DNA of 64,000 nucleotides from Gammaproteobacteria bacterium. Lineage in GTDB: Bacteria; Pseudomonadota; Gammaproteobacteria; Ga0077536. This document shows, piece after piece, positions 22,656 through 32,411 of the stretch. Position 1 is the stretch's first letter, and each line of letters starts with the position of its first letter. The notes beneath the pieces are model-generated. The model saw nothing but the letters and a program-made list of their open reading frames with translations. It had not been told where the DNA came from and ran no database searches. Location: contig CAXXLL010000002.1 in assembly GCA_963662545.2 (NCBI GenBank), forward strand, positions 640,001 to 704,000, given 5' to 3'. A program made the position numbers and the translations under genes.

Positions 22656-23747
22656 TTACGCGACCGCTTTACGTTCGCCGAATCCGGTTTGAAATCGTGG
22701 CGCCACCTCGTTGGCGAACATCGTCATCGACCGCTCAATTTTTTCGAACGGCAAAGCGTACAGATCGCAATGCGCGACGAAATGGTTGTAACCCATCTCG
22801 ATGTGGCGTTCGATTTTCTCGGCCACTGTGTCCGGTGAACCGACAAACAAGAGATCCAACACCTGTTCCATAACCTCCGGTTTCCCCAGGCTTTTCAGCA
22901 TATTGAACAGCGCCATCCAGGATTCATAGCCCTTGATCTTGTCGAAGCGCGTGCTATCCACGGTGTAGTGTCTTTGTTGCAATTGAAAAAAACGGGTCAT
23001 GGTTTCGCGTGCAATCGCGTAGGCCTCTGCGTCGGTCTCGGCAATGACCGTCGGCACCCAATTAATGCGGTCGGCGCTCGTATCGCCGCCAATTTCCGCG
23101 GTGACCTTCGCCCATTCCTTGATGTTTGCCTCCTGAACCTCCGGGTCGGGATAACCCGCATTCAACACCGGCAGACCCATTTCGGCGTATTTGCGGGCGC
23201 TGGTCGGATTCGCATACGGCCCGTAAAACGTGATGTTTTCCGTCCTTGCCCGCGGTCGCAGTTCAACCTCCCGGGTGACGCTCACGAACTCGCCCTCATA
23301 GGTAAAGCTGCCCCCGGCCAACGCTTTTCGCAGGATCGCCAGCGCATCATTGAAGCGCCCCTGGGCGTCCGGCATGGGCACGCCGTAGGCCTCATGTTCC
23401 ATCGGCGCCGTCCCGCGACCCACGCCCATATAGAGATGCCCATCGGTTTGGTTCGACAACATCGCGATCTCGGCCGCGAGGCGCAACGGCTGATACCATG
23501 GCAGCACTAAGACGCAGGTGCCGAGACCCAGTTCCGGGCATTGCGAAGCGATCTGGGAGAGCGTGATCATCGGGCTCGGTGTTGCATAGTAGTCGGTGAA
23601 ATGATGCTCGGCCACCCAGACCGCCTCATAGCCCAGATCCCGCCCCAGCCGAGCGATCTTCATGCGTGTTTGGTAGATTGTGTGGTCGTCCGAACCGAGT
23701 GCATCCGTCGGGTTTGCGGAAAAATCAAAATGAATGTCCTGTGTCAC
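22656..23747 (-). CDS. LLM-class (luciferase alpha-like) monooxygenase
   Basis: VWVAEHHF, PLRLAAEIAML, GVGRG and VGSPDTV motifs. Confidence 0.9.
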   Translation of the reverse strand: MTQDIHFDFSANPTDALGSDDHTIYQTRMKIARLGRDLGYEAVWVAEHHFTDYYATPSPMITLSQIASQCPELGLGTCVLVLPWYQPLRLAAEIAMLSNQTDGHLYMGVGRGTAPMEHEAYGVPMPDAQGRFNDALAILRKALAGGSFTYEGEFVSVTREVELRPRARTENITFYGPYANPTSARKYAEMGLPVLNAGYPDPEVQEANIKEWAKVTAEIGGDTSADRINWVPTVIAETDAEAYAIARETMTRFFQLQQRHYTVDSTRFDKIKGYESWMALFNMLKSLGKPEVMEQVLDLLFVGSPDTVAEKIERHIEMGYNHFVAHCDLYALPFEKIERSMTMFANEVAPRFQTGFGERKAVA

Positions 23748-23823
23748 TGACGATCCTCCAATAAACCAAGCCTAAGATAATGGCGCATTTTCACATGTAA
23801 CGGCGGCTTATGACACCCGTGAT

Positions 23824-24129
23824 GTCCGTTATGGGTCCAGGCTGTCCGAAAACTCCGAAAAATCGTTACGTGACGAAAAGTTCCCCCACTTGTTGTCCTC
23901 ATAGCAGATGAATTAGGGATCACACTGTTCGAATTGATCAAGTTGGATAACGCATCCCCCACTTTCCAAATTCGAAATTAGTTTTCGGACAGGCTGGGTC
24001 GTTAGCGGCCCCGTCGCCACAGCACTGCACTGCTAAGCATTATGTCTGCAGTACCCTCAATAGCGGTCGTCCAATAGCGTTCGGTGGCACGAGCATGACG
24101 CGCGGCGGCTGTCGGCAAAAAACGGTCAT
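23824..24129 (+). repeat. Tri-modular repeat R3 containing MITE-B
   Basis: GGTC duplicated at 23834 and 23997; body 24001-24129. Confidence 0.9.
23838..23996. mobile_element. MITE-B (159 bp), inverted relative to the other two copies
   Basis: IRs CAGGCTGTCCGAAAACT; GGTC TSD. Confidence 0.88.
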
Positions 24130-24361
24130 GAACATCTTCAACTTTGCAAAAGAAAACCCCGCGCTGAGGAACACTTTGCAAAAGAAAACCCCGCGGAGGT
24201 GGAGCTTCGTATTCTGATAGCGATCCGGCATCCCTTCCGCCTAAGAATCTCCACAAGCGGAACTGGCGGGCCTTATCGACTAAGGCTCGATGCACCCCTA
24301 AACTCGAGCACGGATGCCAGGCCTCATTGCTTCGCTATTTCCCGCATTCGTAAAGCGTAGT

Positions 24362-25285
24362 TCAGACTTGGCTGAGCGCCTCGATCTGGATCTTGAGCCA
24401 AGCCTGCTGTACGACGCCAACCTTGCCGAGATGGTCGCGGTTCGTATAGAGGCTCATGTGGTCAACGCCTCTTACCGAGGCGAAGCTCTTGTTCGGGTTG
24501 GCAATCGCGTTGAAGGCTTCCGCTTCCAAATCGGCCGACGTGATGTTATCGCCCGCGGCTAGGGTCATCATGACTGGCGTCTCAACGATCCGCTCACTGA
24601 AGGGGCTGACCTTATAACTCATCAGCAATTCGACCGACTCGATCGTATTATAGTGTTCGTGAAGCGGCGCCTCATTCTGTTTGATGGCGTCAAAACCCTT
24701 GTAGACATGCGGGAACGGCCAAGAGCTTATTTCCTCGTTAGGTTCCAATGTCGACATCGGCAACATGGCGCTCGGTTCACCCTTTTGGCGCTGCCGACGG
24801 TCTTCCAAGATCAGTTTGTTGAGCTGTGCAAAGCGTGTTTCCCCGTGGCAGCGTCGCATTGTCTGAAAGCCGTCGACCACTGGGATGGTCGAGATTGCAA
24901 AGGCCGGACGAGGGTCTAGAGCAGACGCGATCAGTACGTGACCGCCGCTATAGGAGATACCCCAAATACCGATCTTCCTATTGTCGATACCAGGAAGCGA
25001 CTCGGCGAAGGTGAGCGCGTTGCGGTAATCCTCGATCTGATTCCACGGATTGATGTGTTGTCGCGGCTCACCAGTGCTTTCGCCGAAATTCCGATAGTCG
25101 AACCGTAGTGTGGCGCAGCCTATATCATGAAACCACGTGGCGTAGTGGGGCATCACGATCTCCTTCGTGTAGCACCACCCGCCAGCCATTATGACCAACG
25201 GCACGTCCCCGCCGGCATTCTCCGGCATCGTCAGTACACCAACGCAGGTATCCCCACAACTATTGAAGTTCACTGTTTCCGACAT
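24362..25285 (-). CDS. Alpha/beta hydrolase (S15/YcjY-like)
   Basis: FDYRNFGES motif, GISYSGG nucleophile elbow, C-terminal His. Confidence 0.85.
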   Translation of the reverse strand: MSETVNFNSCGDTCVGVLTMPENAGGDVPLVIMAGGWCYTKEIVMPHYATWFHDIGCATLRFDYRNFGESTGEPRQHINPWNQIEDYRNALTFAESLPGIDNRKIGIWGISYSGGHVLIASALDPRPAFAISTIPVVDGFQTMRRCHGETRFAQLNKLILEDRRQRQKGEPSAMLPMSTLEPNEEISSWPFPHVYKGFDAIKQNEAPLHEHYNTIESVELLMSYKVSPFSERIVETPVMMTLAAGDNITSADLEAEAFNAIANPNKSFASVRGVDHMSLYTNRDHLGKVGVVQQAWLKIQIEALSQV

Positions 25286-25421
25286 GGGCTTTCTCCCGGA
25301 CCTAGTTGTTTTCGTTTGCGAAAACATTGACAACTGCAGATCACTCGGTCAAAAGACACGAGCACCTAATGAACGAGATCCCGGTAAGTCTACGCCACAA
25401 AGTCAGGCAGGTGCGCGCCGT

Positions 25422-25606
25422 CTAAGCTCGCGTTTGATTTGTCCATGCACGCCGCGCTTTTGACCGGACCGGCAAGACGCGTAGGGACTTGGGCGCGTTA
25501 TGGCAGGAGTAACCCTTGTCGACATAGACGCGCTCCGGTGCGACACCAATCCAGTTGGTCAAATCTTCGATGACGGTCCTGAGGGTGCTGTCGTCATAAG
25601 GGTTTG
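25422..25606 (-). pseudogene. IS5-family transposase remnant
   Basis: NPYD..TL...ERVYVDKGY..HN resembles the IS5 DDE region; cut at repeat R4. Confidence 0.6.
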
Positions 25607-25608
25607 AG

Positions 25609-25751
25609 GTCCGCAAAGGGTCGTCACCCGCCTAATCGCGGCACTGCAGCACTTCTCAAGGTTACGTCTGCAATGCGCTCGTAAGTGGTCGTCGAGGTCC
25701 CTCAAGCGTCGAGTCGAGAGGGTACGGCTGCAGTCGGCCACAAGCGGCCAT
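25609..25751 (+). repeat. Tri-modular repeat R4 (uninterrupted)
   Basis: GGGTC 25618, GTCTGCAATGCGCTCGTAAGTGGTC, GGCC 25736. Confidence 0.92.
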
Positions 25752-25779
25752 CACATTCGTACAGACCAAGTTCGTCAAT

Positions 25780-26370
25780 CGTCGATGGGGGCGATAATCT
25801 TGACCATGCCGCTCCACGCCTGGCAGGTCTCGTTATCGATGTTGAACAGGCTTTGGGGCGTTGTGCCCATGTCATGGCAGCGCGTCGTTGGGCCGGTTCC
25901 TGGTCGCCGCGACGAGCGGGCGTGACCTGGGCGCGCAGCGGGCTATTCGGCGCAAAGACGCCGTGGTAGCGGATGAGGTTGACGCGGGGGTTGGGAATGA
26001 GTGCCGCGAGGCGTGCCACCAGATCGAGCGGCTCGAAAAAGACATGGGTGGTGCCATCGCGATAAGGCGTTTTGAGCGCGTATCGCACGAGGCCCTGTGA
26101 GGTGAGTGACAGGCGCTGTTCGGAGAGCGCGGGTCGGGTGATATAGCGGCACAGTCGTTCGAGTTTCTTTTGTTCCCAGGGCTCGGTGGCGACGCCAGCG
26201 TGCAACGAAAAGCCCGAGGCTTTGGCGAGTCTCTCGCCGGGCGGGTCCTGTTCGCTCTGCGCCGGCAGGGTTTGCAGGGTGAAGGCCTGGTGGCCTTGCC
26301 GTGGTCCCAGGCGAATATCGCGGCGTAATGCGACGGCTCGGGCGTATCCACGATTGATGACATGTCGGTT
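25780..26370 (-). pseudogene. IS91/ISCR transposase remnant
   Basis: GFSLHAGV, KLERLCRYITRPA, YRDGTTHVFFEPLD and YHGVFAPNS motifs. Confidence 0.88.
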
Positions 26371-26948
26371 GGACGCCTGAATAGATGCCCCAATTAAACA
26401 CCAGGTCTGGACTGTAGCGGCACATATTATTCGCCCACAAGCGGGCTCCGATCCGCTCCCCATAGGCGCCCGCTTGCTGGCGAAATACGGAGGGTCCTTC
26501 CGGCCTGGTCGAAACTCGAATGGGAGGTCAGCACTGTGATCGCATGCCCGTTCGGATCCGCCATCCGGAAATACCAGTGGCCGTACCCCAGCCGAGCGCC
26601 GATCTCTCCGGTTCGAGCCCCGCTTCCTGCAGTCGGGTTCGGTATCGTTCGAGGTGCTCGCGCTCGTGTTGGGGGATCATGCTGTCGACCGGCCCGATGT
26701 GGCCGGAATACCCGGCGTTGGAGGCTGGAAATTCTGGTAACAGGTACGCCCTATCCCCGCCGTCACCGGCGGCGGCTAACCCGTCTGTTAGAAACGATCT
26801 GAAGTAAATATACTGTGGGAGAACCGTTACGTAAGTTACGAGGAATACTTATGGCGCCCCGCCTGGAACTCGTCGACGTCGGCAGTCCGATGAAGTGGCT
26901 GGACGCTCACGGATCGCCTCGTCGAAGCACTTATCAAGGATATCGTAA

Positions 26949-27848
26949 ATGCCGGGTTCGGCGCGATTGAGCTGCTGCATCACCTTCGATTTCGATGCGA
27001 TGTCGTCCTGGATCGGATCGGCGAAGAGCGAAAATCCGAGCATGATTTCGCGCGGGCAGTTCGGGGCGGTCGCGGTGCCGCGGATACTCAACCTGTTGCG
27101 CAGATACGCCGTACATGCGAGCTTCGCCGTTCCCGGCCATACGGCCTACGCCTACCCCGACGTGGTCAAGCGGATCGCCGGCGACGGCCACGAAATCCTG
27201 CATCACGGCTGGGTGCACGAGAACCCGGCGCGCCTCGACGAAGTCGGTGAACGACGCGTCCTCGAGCGCGGCATCGAGGCCCTCGAATGCGTGCTTGGCA
27301 GGCGACCGGTGGGCTACCGCTCGCCGGCCTGGGATCTAAGCAAATCGTCGATCGCGCTGCTACTCGAATACCGGTTTCTCTACGATTCGAGCTGCATGGG
27401 GCACGATAGCTACCCGTATTATCTGCGCGTGGGCGATGAAGGGTCGCGCGATGCCGCGTACCAGTTTGGCGAAACGGTTGATCTCGTCGAGCTTCCCGTG
27501 ACCTGGGGGCTGGATGATTTTCCGCTGTCGGAATACGTCCCCGGATTCAATGAGGGACTGCGTCCCGCGGCGCAGGTCGAAGAATTGTGGCGTGGCGATT
27601 TCGATTACGCGCTGGAGAACGCCCCGGGCGGGATCTTCACGCTGACGCTCCATCCCCAGGTGATCGGGCGGGGTAACCGGATGCGGATGCTGGAACGCCT
27701 CCTCGAATACTTCGCTTCTCATGAGGGTGTCGAATTCGTTTCGATGGAACGCTACGCAAGCGCGTGGAAGACCCAAAACCCGCTCGAACAATGGAAACGC
27801 GATAATCCCGATATCACCGGAGAAAACGCCATCACAGATCGACGCTGA
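26949..27848 (+). CDS. Polysaccharide deacetylase (PuuE/PgdA-like CE4)
   Basis: TFDFD, HGWVHE, GYRSPAW, YDSS and LHPQVIGR motifs. Confidence 0.88.
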   Translation: MPGSARLSCCITFDFDAMSSWIGSAKSENPSMISRGQFGAVAVPRILNLLRRYAVHASFAVPGHTAYAYPDVVKRIAGDGHEILHHGWVHENPARLDEVGERRVLERGIEALECVLGRRPVGYRSPAWDLSKSSIALLLEYRFLYDSSCMGHDSYPYYLRVGDEGSRDAAYQFGETVDLVELPVTWGLDDFPLSEYVPGFNEGLRPAAQVEELWRGDFDYALENAPGGIFTLTLHPQVIGRGNRMRMLERLLEYFASHEGVEFVSMERYASAWKTQNPLEQWKRDNPDITGENAITDRR

Positions 27849-27854
27849 TTCCAC

Positions 27855-28413
27855 ATGAAGACTTTTCCCCACCTTGAAGTCAAAGGCGACGCGGCGGCGC
27901 GCGGCGGCGCTCACGGCGAGGCGTTTCGCGAGCGGATCGAGAAGACGTTTTCGTTCTACATGGACGACCTCTTTGCGTCGAGCCCTCTGTCGGGAGCGGA
28001 GATCGAGGCGCGCGCGAACCGGATCAAGGCACTGACCGTGGAAGCCGCGCCCGACTGTGCTGCGGAAATCTCCGGGATCGCGGCTGGCGCCAATCTCGAA
28101 GAATGGAAACTCTTCGTGCTCAACGCCCGCACGGAGATTCTGAATGCGAAGGTCACCGAATGTACGGCTTTCTACTTCGCGGAATCGCGGGTGCTCGCGC
28201 AGAACTGGGACTGGGTCGAACCGCTGGAAGACCTGGCCGTCGTCATCACGCACGAAAGAGACGACGGGCGGCGATACGCAGTCTTCGTTGAGCCCGGCAT
28301 GATCGGAAAGATTGGGCTCAACAGCGATGGGATCGGGGTATGCCTAAACATTCTGTTCACGCCGCACGATTTGAGCGGCCTGCCGATCCATATCCTGAAC
28401 GGCGCGTTACTGG
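27855..28413 (+). pseudogene. C45-family autoproteolytic acyltransferase/peptidase, 3'-truncated and fused in frame to IS3 orfB
   Basis: RGGAHGE, NARTE, ECT (catalytic Cys), QNWDW and KIGLNSDG motifs; then the IS3 SDRGPQY. Confidence 0.8.
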
Positions 28414-28737
28414 ATTCCGACCGCGGACCGCAATACACCAGCGATGACTTCCGAGCGCTACTGGCGCGTTACGGGATCGAATGCAGTATGAGTGGTCGTG
28501 GTAGTTGTTACGACAATGCACCGGTCGAAAGCTTTTTCGCGCTACTCAAGCGCGAGCGCATTCGCCGACGCACTTACGCTTCTCGAGAGGACGCCAAGGC
28601 TGATGTGTTCGACTACATCGAGCGTTTCTACAACCGATGTCGGCGTCATGGCTACCTGGACTATTCCAGTCCGGTAGACTTTGAAAGGCAGGCAGTGAAG
28701 ACTTAATCAACTGGTCCGAAATTCTGGGGCCGAACCA
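28414..28737 (+). mobile_element. IS3-family right-end fragment (same element as 49878-51121)
   Basis: Near-identical to ~50798-51121 including IRR; followed by repeat module 3 (CTCGGCCATTTGCAGATG, partial repeat R5). Confidence 0.88.
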
Positions 28738-28835
28738 CTCGGCCATTTGCAGATGTCGATCGATTTCGGATTCTGTTATTTGAGTGTCCGCTTTAGCGAT
28801 GTATCTGGAACATGTTCTGAGTACAGTGCCAGTAG

Positions 28836-29390
28836 GTCTCGATATCGAACACGCGCTTGAGGCGTTGCGCCCATGTCATAGCGGTGCGGCGCTGGGCGGG
28901 CGTCTTGTCTTCGGTGCTATCGCGCGGTGGCCGTCCCCGCCCGGCCGGCGTGACGGCGGCACGATGGGCGCTGTTGGGGGCAAAGACGCCGTGGTAGCAG
29001 ATGAGATTGACGCGCGGTTTGGGGATCAGAGCGGCCAGGCGTGCAATAAAGTCCATCGGTTCGAAGAACACGTAGGTGGTGCCGTCACGATGGGAGGTTT
29101 TGAGTTCGTAGCGCACGAGGCCGTTGGCAGCCAGCGAGAGGCGTTTTTCGGAGAGCGCGGGGCGGGTGATGTAGCGGGTGAGACGTTCGAGCTTGTTGCG
29201 TTCCCACGGTGCGGCGGCCACGCCGGCATGAACGGAGAAGCCGCCCGCCTTGGCCGAGCGCGCGCTGGTGCGCGCAGGCTCAGCTTGGGCCGGCAAGGTT
29301 TGAAGTGTGAAAGCCTTGCGCCCTTGGCGGGGCCCGAAGGCAATGCGGTAGATGATGGAACTGCCGAGCACCTGGGCCAAGCCATCGTCA
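28836..29390 (-). pseudogene. IS91/ISCR transposase remnant
   Basis: SIIYRIAFGP, KLERLTRYITRPA, YHGVFAPNS and MTWAQRLKRVF motifs. Confidence 0.88.
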
Positions 29391-29630
29391 TCGCGAGGCT
29401 CGAGCTTGGCTGGCGCGAAAGCCAGCAGATTGTAGCCCGTCGGATCGATTGTCGACCAGTCCTCTAGGGCCCATCGGCTTGCTTCCGTTGATTGCCCGGG
29501 GCGGTTGCATGTCGTCGTGGTCGATTACCCGATCCGAGGCGATACCGAGCTCGTGTCTGGACGAGGCGATCACAGTCGGATATCGTCCGTCCCCTCGATC
29601 AGCCGGCAATCCGCGAAGGGATGAAAAACA

Positions 29631-30161
29631 ATGAATGATCAGGGAAGCACCAGCTTACACGATCCGGCACGCTGGCTTGCGGTGATACGAATCGCGGTCG
29701 GTCTCTGGTTCATCAAAGCTCTCTGGACCAAATGGGTTTTGCTTGGAGGCGTGCTTCCGATACCCGTAGCCTCGGAACGTTGGGTCGAGTCGATGACACG
29801 GATCGTCTCCGGCTATCTCGAGGGCCACCCGCTGCCGTGGTACCGGGATTTTCTGGAGAACACGGTATTGGCCAATGCAGAGCTGTTTGCAAATTTGACG
29901 GCAATCGGTGAGGTTGCGATCGGTATCGGTCTGGTTTTTGGGTTTATGACCGGGGTCGCCTCGATGATCGGATTGTTGGTCACCAGTGCCTATGTGCTGG
30001 CTGGTCTCGGTTTGATACTTCCAAGGCAGGGACTCCGTCTGTTGGTGTGGATCTCCACGCTGGCATTTCTGTTCGCCCGAGCCGGGCGCGTTTGGGGTCT
30101 GGACGGGTGGATTGCTCGTAAGTATCCCGACTCGTTCCTCGCGCGTTTCCCGCTTTCCTGA
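29631..30161 (+). CDS. DoxX/TQO small subunit-like membrane protein
   Basis: RIAVGLWF, WYRDFL, GEVAIGIGL and GRVWGLDG motifs. Confidence 0.75.
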   Translation: MNDQGSTSLHDPARWLAVIRIAVGLWFIKALWTKWVLLGGVLPIPVASERWVESMTRIVSGYLEGHPLPWYRDFLENTVLANAELFANLTAIGEVAIGIGLVFGFMTGVASMIGLLVTSAYVLAGLGLILPRQGLRLLVWISTLAFLFARAGRVWGLDGWIARKYPDSFLARFPLS

Positions 30162-30193
30162 CGGTGGCCCTCAAAAAGGACGGGTCGACACCC

Positions 30194-30655
30194 GCGCATA
30201 GGTAGAACAAAGGCCCTTTTCGGTATGTCGGCCGAGTATTCTGAGGTCATCGAACAACTGTCGAGCTGAACTTCGACACGGTGTTGGTCTGGGTCTCGCG
30301 CCTGAGTCGGCAGAAATCTCGCACTTCAGGGTGATTTTGCGATTGTTCCGAGCGTCGGGATAACAACAACTCTGCCACCTCGTTGGCATCGCAGCTGCGG
30401 GTGTTAGTCGCGCAGTTGGCGTGCATCAGCCAAACAAGCTGGCCTGAGGCGGTCCCCGAGACGGTGGCGAACGCCGGGCGGCGCCTAAAGCATCTTTGCG
30501 CTCGAGGTGCGTCAGGATCTCCTCGATCACGACAGGTTCTTCGATGCAGGCGATGATGCGCACAGTACCCGCAGGCTCTGCAGATGGTGATGTCGATTTG
30601 AAACACGCGCTTGAGTCTTTGTGACCATGTCACTGCGGCGGGGCGCTCTGCGAAC
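30194..30655 (-). pseudogene. IS91/ISCR 3' remnant with oriIS-like end
   Basis: WSQRLKRVFQIDI; IIACIEEP; minus-strand end AAAAGGGCCTTTGTTCTACCTATGCGC. Confidence 0.8.
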
Positions 30656-30657
30656 CT

Positions 30658-30800
30658 GACCGCATTGGCCCGTCAGCGGCCCCTTCGCGGCAGTTCAACA
30701 CTGTTCTAGATCAGGTCTGCAATCCTCTCGTAAGCGGTCGTGCGGCAGTGTTCAGCGGTGCGGTTAAGGTGCAGAGCGGTAGTCGGCCAGCACCGGACAT
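30658..30800 (+). repeat. Tri-modular repeat R6
   Basis: GGCCC 30667 (variant core), GGCC 30785. Confidence 0.9.
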
Positions 30801-30860
30801 TCACAGTGATCTCGGTCGTCGCTATCCTACGTGTTCGTTTACAGACGGGAGGTGTTAGAT

Positions 30861-31379
30861 ATGAATTTCGAGGCGATTAGTGCTACGGCCGAGAGTTTGG
30901 GTGCTCTCGGCGTAATATTATCGGTGCTCTACCTTGCGTACGAAGTTCGCTCGAACACTCGCACGATGCGCGCTGATGCGGGCACCAAGTCCCAGATGGA
31001 ATGGTCACGATACAACTTGATCATTTCCGAACATCAGGACAGAGACACGATAGTTCGTATATTCGATCCAAATGAAAAGTTGGATAATTTCAGTGACAAG
31101 GAAAGGACTGCCATTACTTTCGCGTTTCGTGCTTTCGCACAGCAGGTGGAAGCACAATATTTTCAATATAAGGCGAATTTGCTCGACCCAGAAGTTTGGG
31201 AGGCCCGCCTGACTTCGTTTAGTGGCCTCGTGCAATTCCCTGCATCTGCCGAGTGGTGGGCAGATGAATCGACGCTGCCTATTTACACAAAGTCGTTTCT
31301 CGACTGTGTCGAGTCGGTCGGAAGAGTCGAGCTATCCCAAACTACGACGGTTGGGACAGGCACTCAGAAGATATCTTAA
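30861..31379 (+). CDS. Hypothetical protein with N-terminal TM helix (homolog of 59706-60242)
   Basis: MNFEAISATAESLGALGVILSVLYLAYEVR...WW; GGAGG RBS. Confidence 0.75.
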   Translation: MNFEAISATAESLGALGVILSVLYLAYEVRSNTRTMRADAGTKSQMEWSRYNLIISEHQDRDTIVRIFDPNEKLDNFSDKERTAITFAFRAFAQQVEAQYFQYKANLLDPEVWEARLTSFSGLVQFPASAEWWADESTLPIYTKSFLDCVESVGRVELSQTTTVGTGTQKIS

Positions 31380-31485
31380 CTTTGTAGCCAGCGTGTGGAA
31401 CCGAATCCGGGGAAGCGAACTAACGTATTTAAAGGACACCACTGACATTTCCAGTTTGGGTCGAGGATGACCGCAAAGGGTCGTC

Positions 31486-31703
31486 TGGTTTTGCCCCAGT
31501 TTAATGGACAGTTTCGTAAAGACCGCATGTCTGCTTTTCGAAAGCCGCCGGGCTGATGTTACCGAGATAGCCATGGCGGCGTTTTCGATTGTAAAAGCAT
31601 TCGATGTAATCGAACACATCGGCCCGGGCTTCGTCTCGAGTTCGGTAACGCACGCGATTGACGCGCTCTCGTTTGAGTAACCCAAAGAAGCTCTCGACGA
31701 CGG
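31486..31703 (-). mobile_element. IS3-family right-end remnant abutting a module-1 half repeat (R7, 31469-31485)
   Basis: VESFFGLLKRER...FYNRKRRH; IR TGGTTTTGCCCCAG. Confidence 0.8.
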
Positions 31704-32012
31704 CGGTGCCGTTCAGCTCCCCCGACACTTTCGCCTTGTATGACCCTTCGACGACCTCCTCTGAACCATTTCTCTCGCAGAGTCGAACATATGAGAATGT
31801 CCCTTTGTATTTTCCTATCTCTTTTCCTACAGGCATGAATCTTGCCCTTTTTTCGTTGATTGTTTCGAAGACGCGGCTGCCGATGCAGCGCGGAATCACG
31901 TTATCACAAAGGAACAACGAGTAGCAGGAATGCGCACAAGTATCACGGACACCAATCCGCTGACCATGTCACGCTCAAAAATCGTTGTCGGGTCTTGCCT
32001 TTTACCCGCGAT

Positions 32013-32319
32013 GAAAGCTTTGGGTCGGTAGCTGCCGAGCCACCGCAGCGCAGCACAGCTAGAGATTACGTCTGCAATGCGCTCGGAAGCGGTCGTCTCG
32101 CAGCTTTCAGTGGAGCGTTAGCTGAACAGGACGGGTCACGGCCGAGGCTGTGTGAAAACTCAAAAATACGATGACGGAAGTAAAATTTTTCCCACCAGCA
32201 CAGTAATTAAGCACCTCGAAAAGGGATCGGCATTCCAATTAGAGTCAATTTCGAGTGTAGTTCCCCCACTTTTGAAAAACGAAAATAGTTTTCACACAGC
32301 CTCGGCCATAAGCGGGCAC
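32013..32319 (+). repeat. Tri-modular repeat R8 containing MITE-C
   Basis: GGGTC 32022; GGCC 32140 duplicated at 32304. Confidence 0.9.
32144..32303. mobile_element. MITE-C (160 bp)
   Basis: IRs GAGGCTGTGTGAAAACT; GGCC TSD. Confidence 0.88.
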
Positions 32320-32411
32320 CGTGGGCTGCCAAAAAGAAACTTGCCGAGCCAGGTTCTTTCTCTTGAAATCCAGCAAGCCCCAGTCTCATCGAGCGGGGGG
32401 TTCGGGTCAGG

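Noticed and set aside
26464-26810. Possible gene remnant between the ISCR fragment and the deacetylase
   Set aside because: Looks coding on the minus strand, but no family could be recognised.
31501-31917. 138-aa ORF as a real gene
   Set aside because: Chimera of an unknown N-terminal fragment and an IS3 integrase tail.
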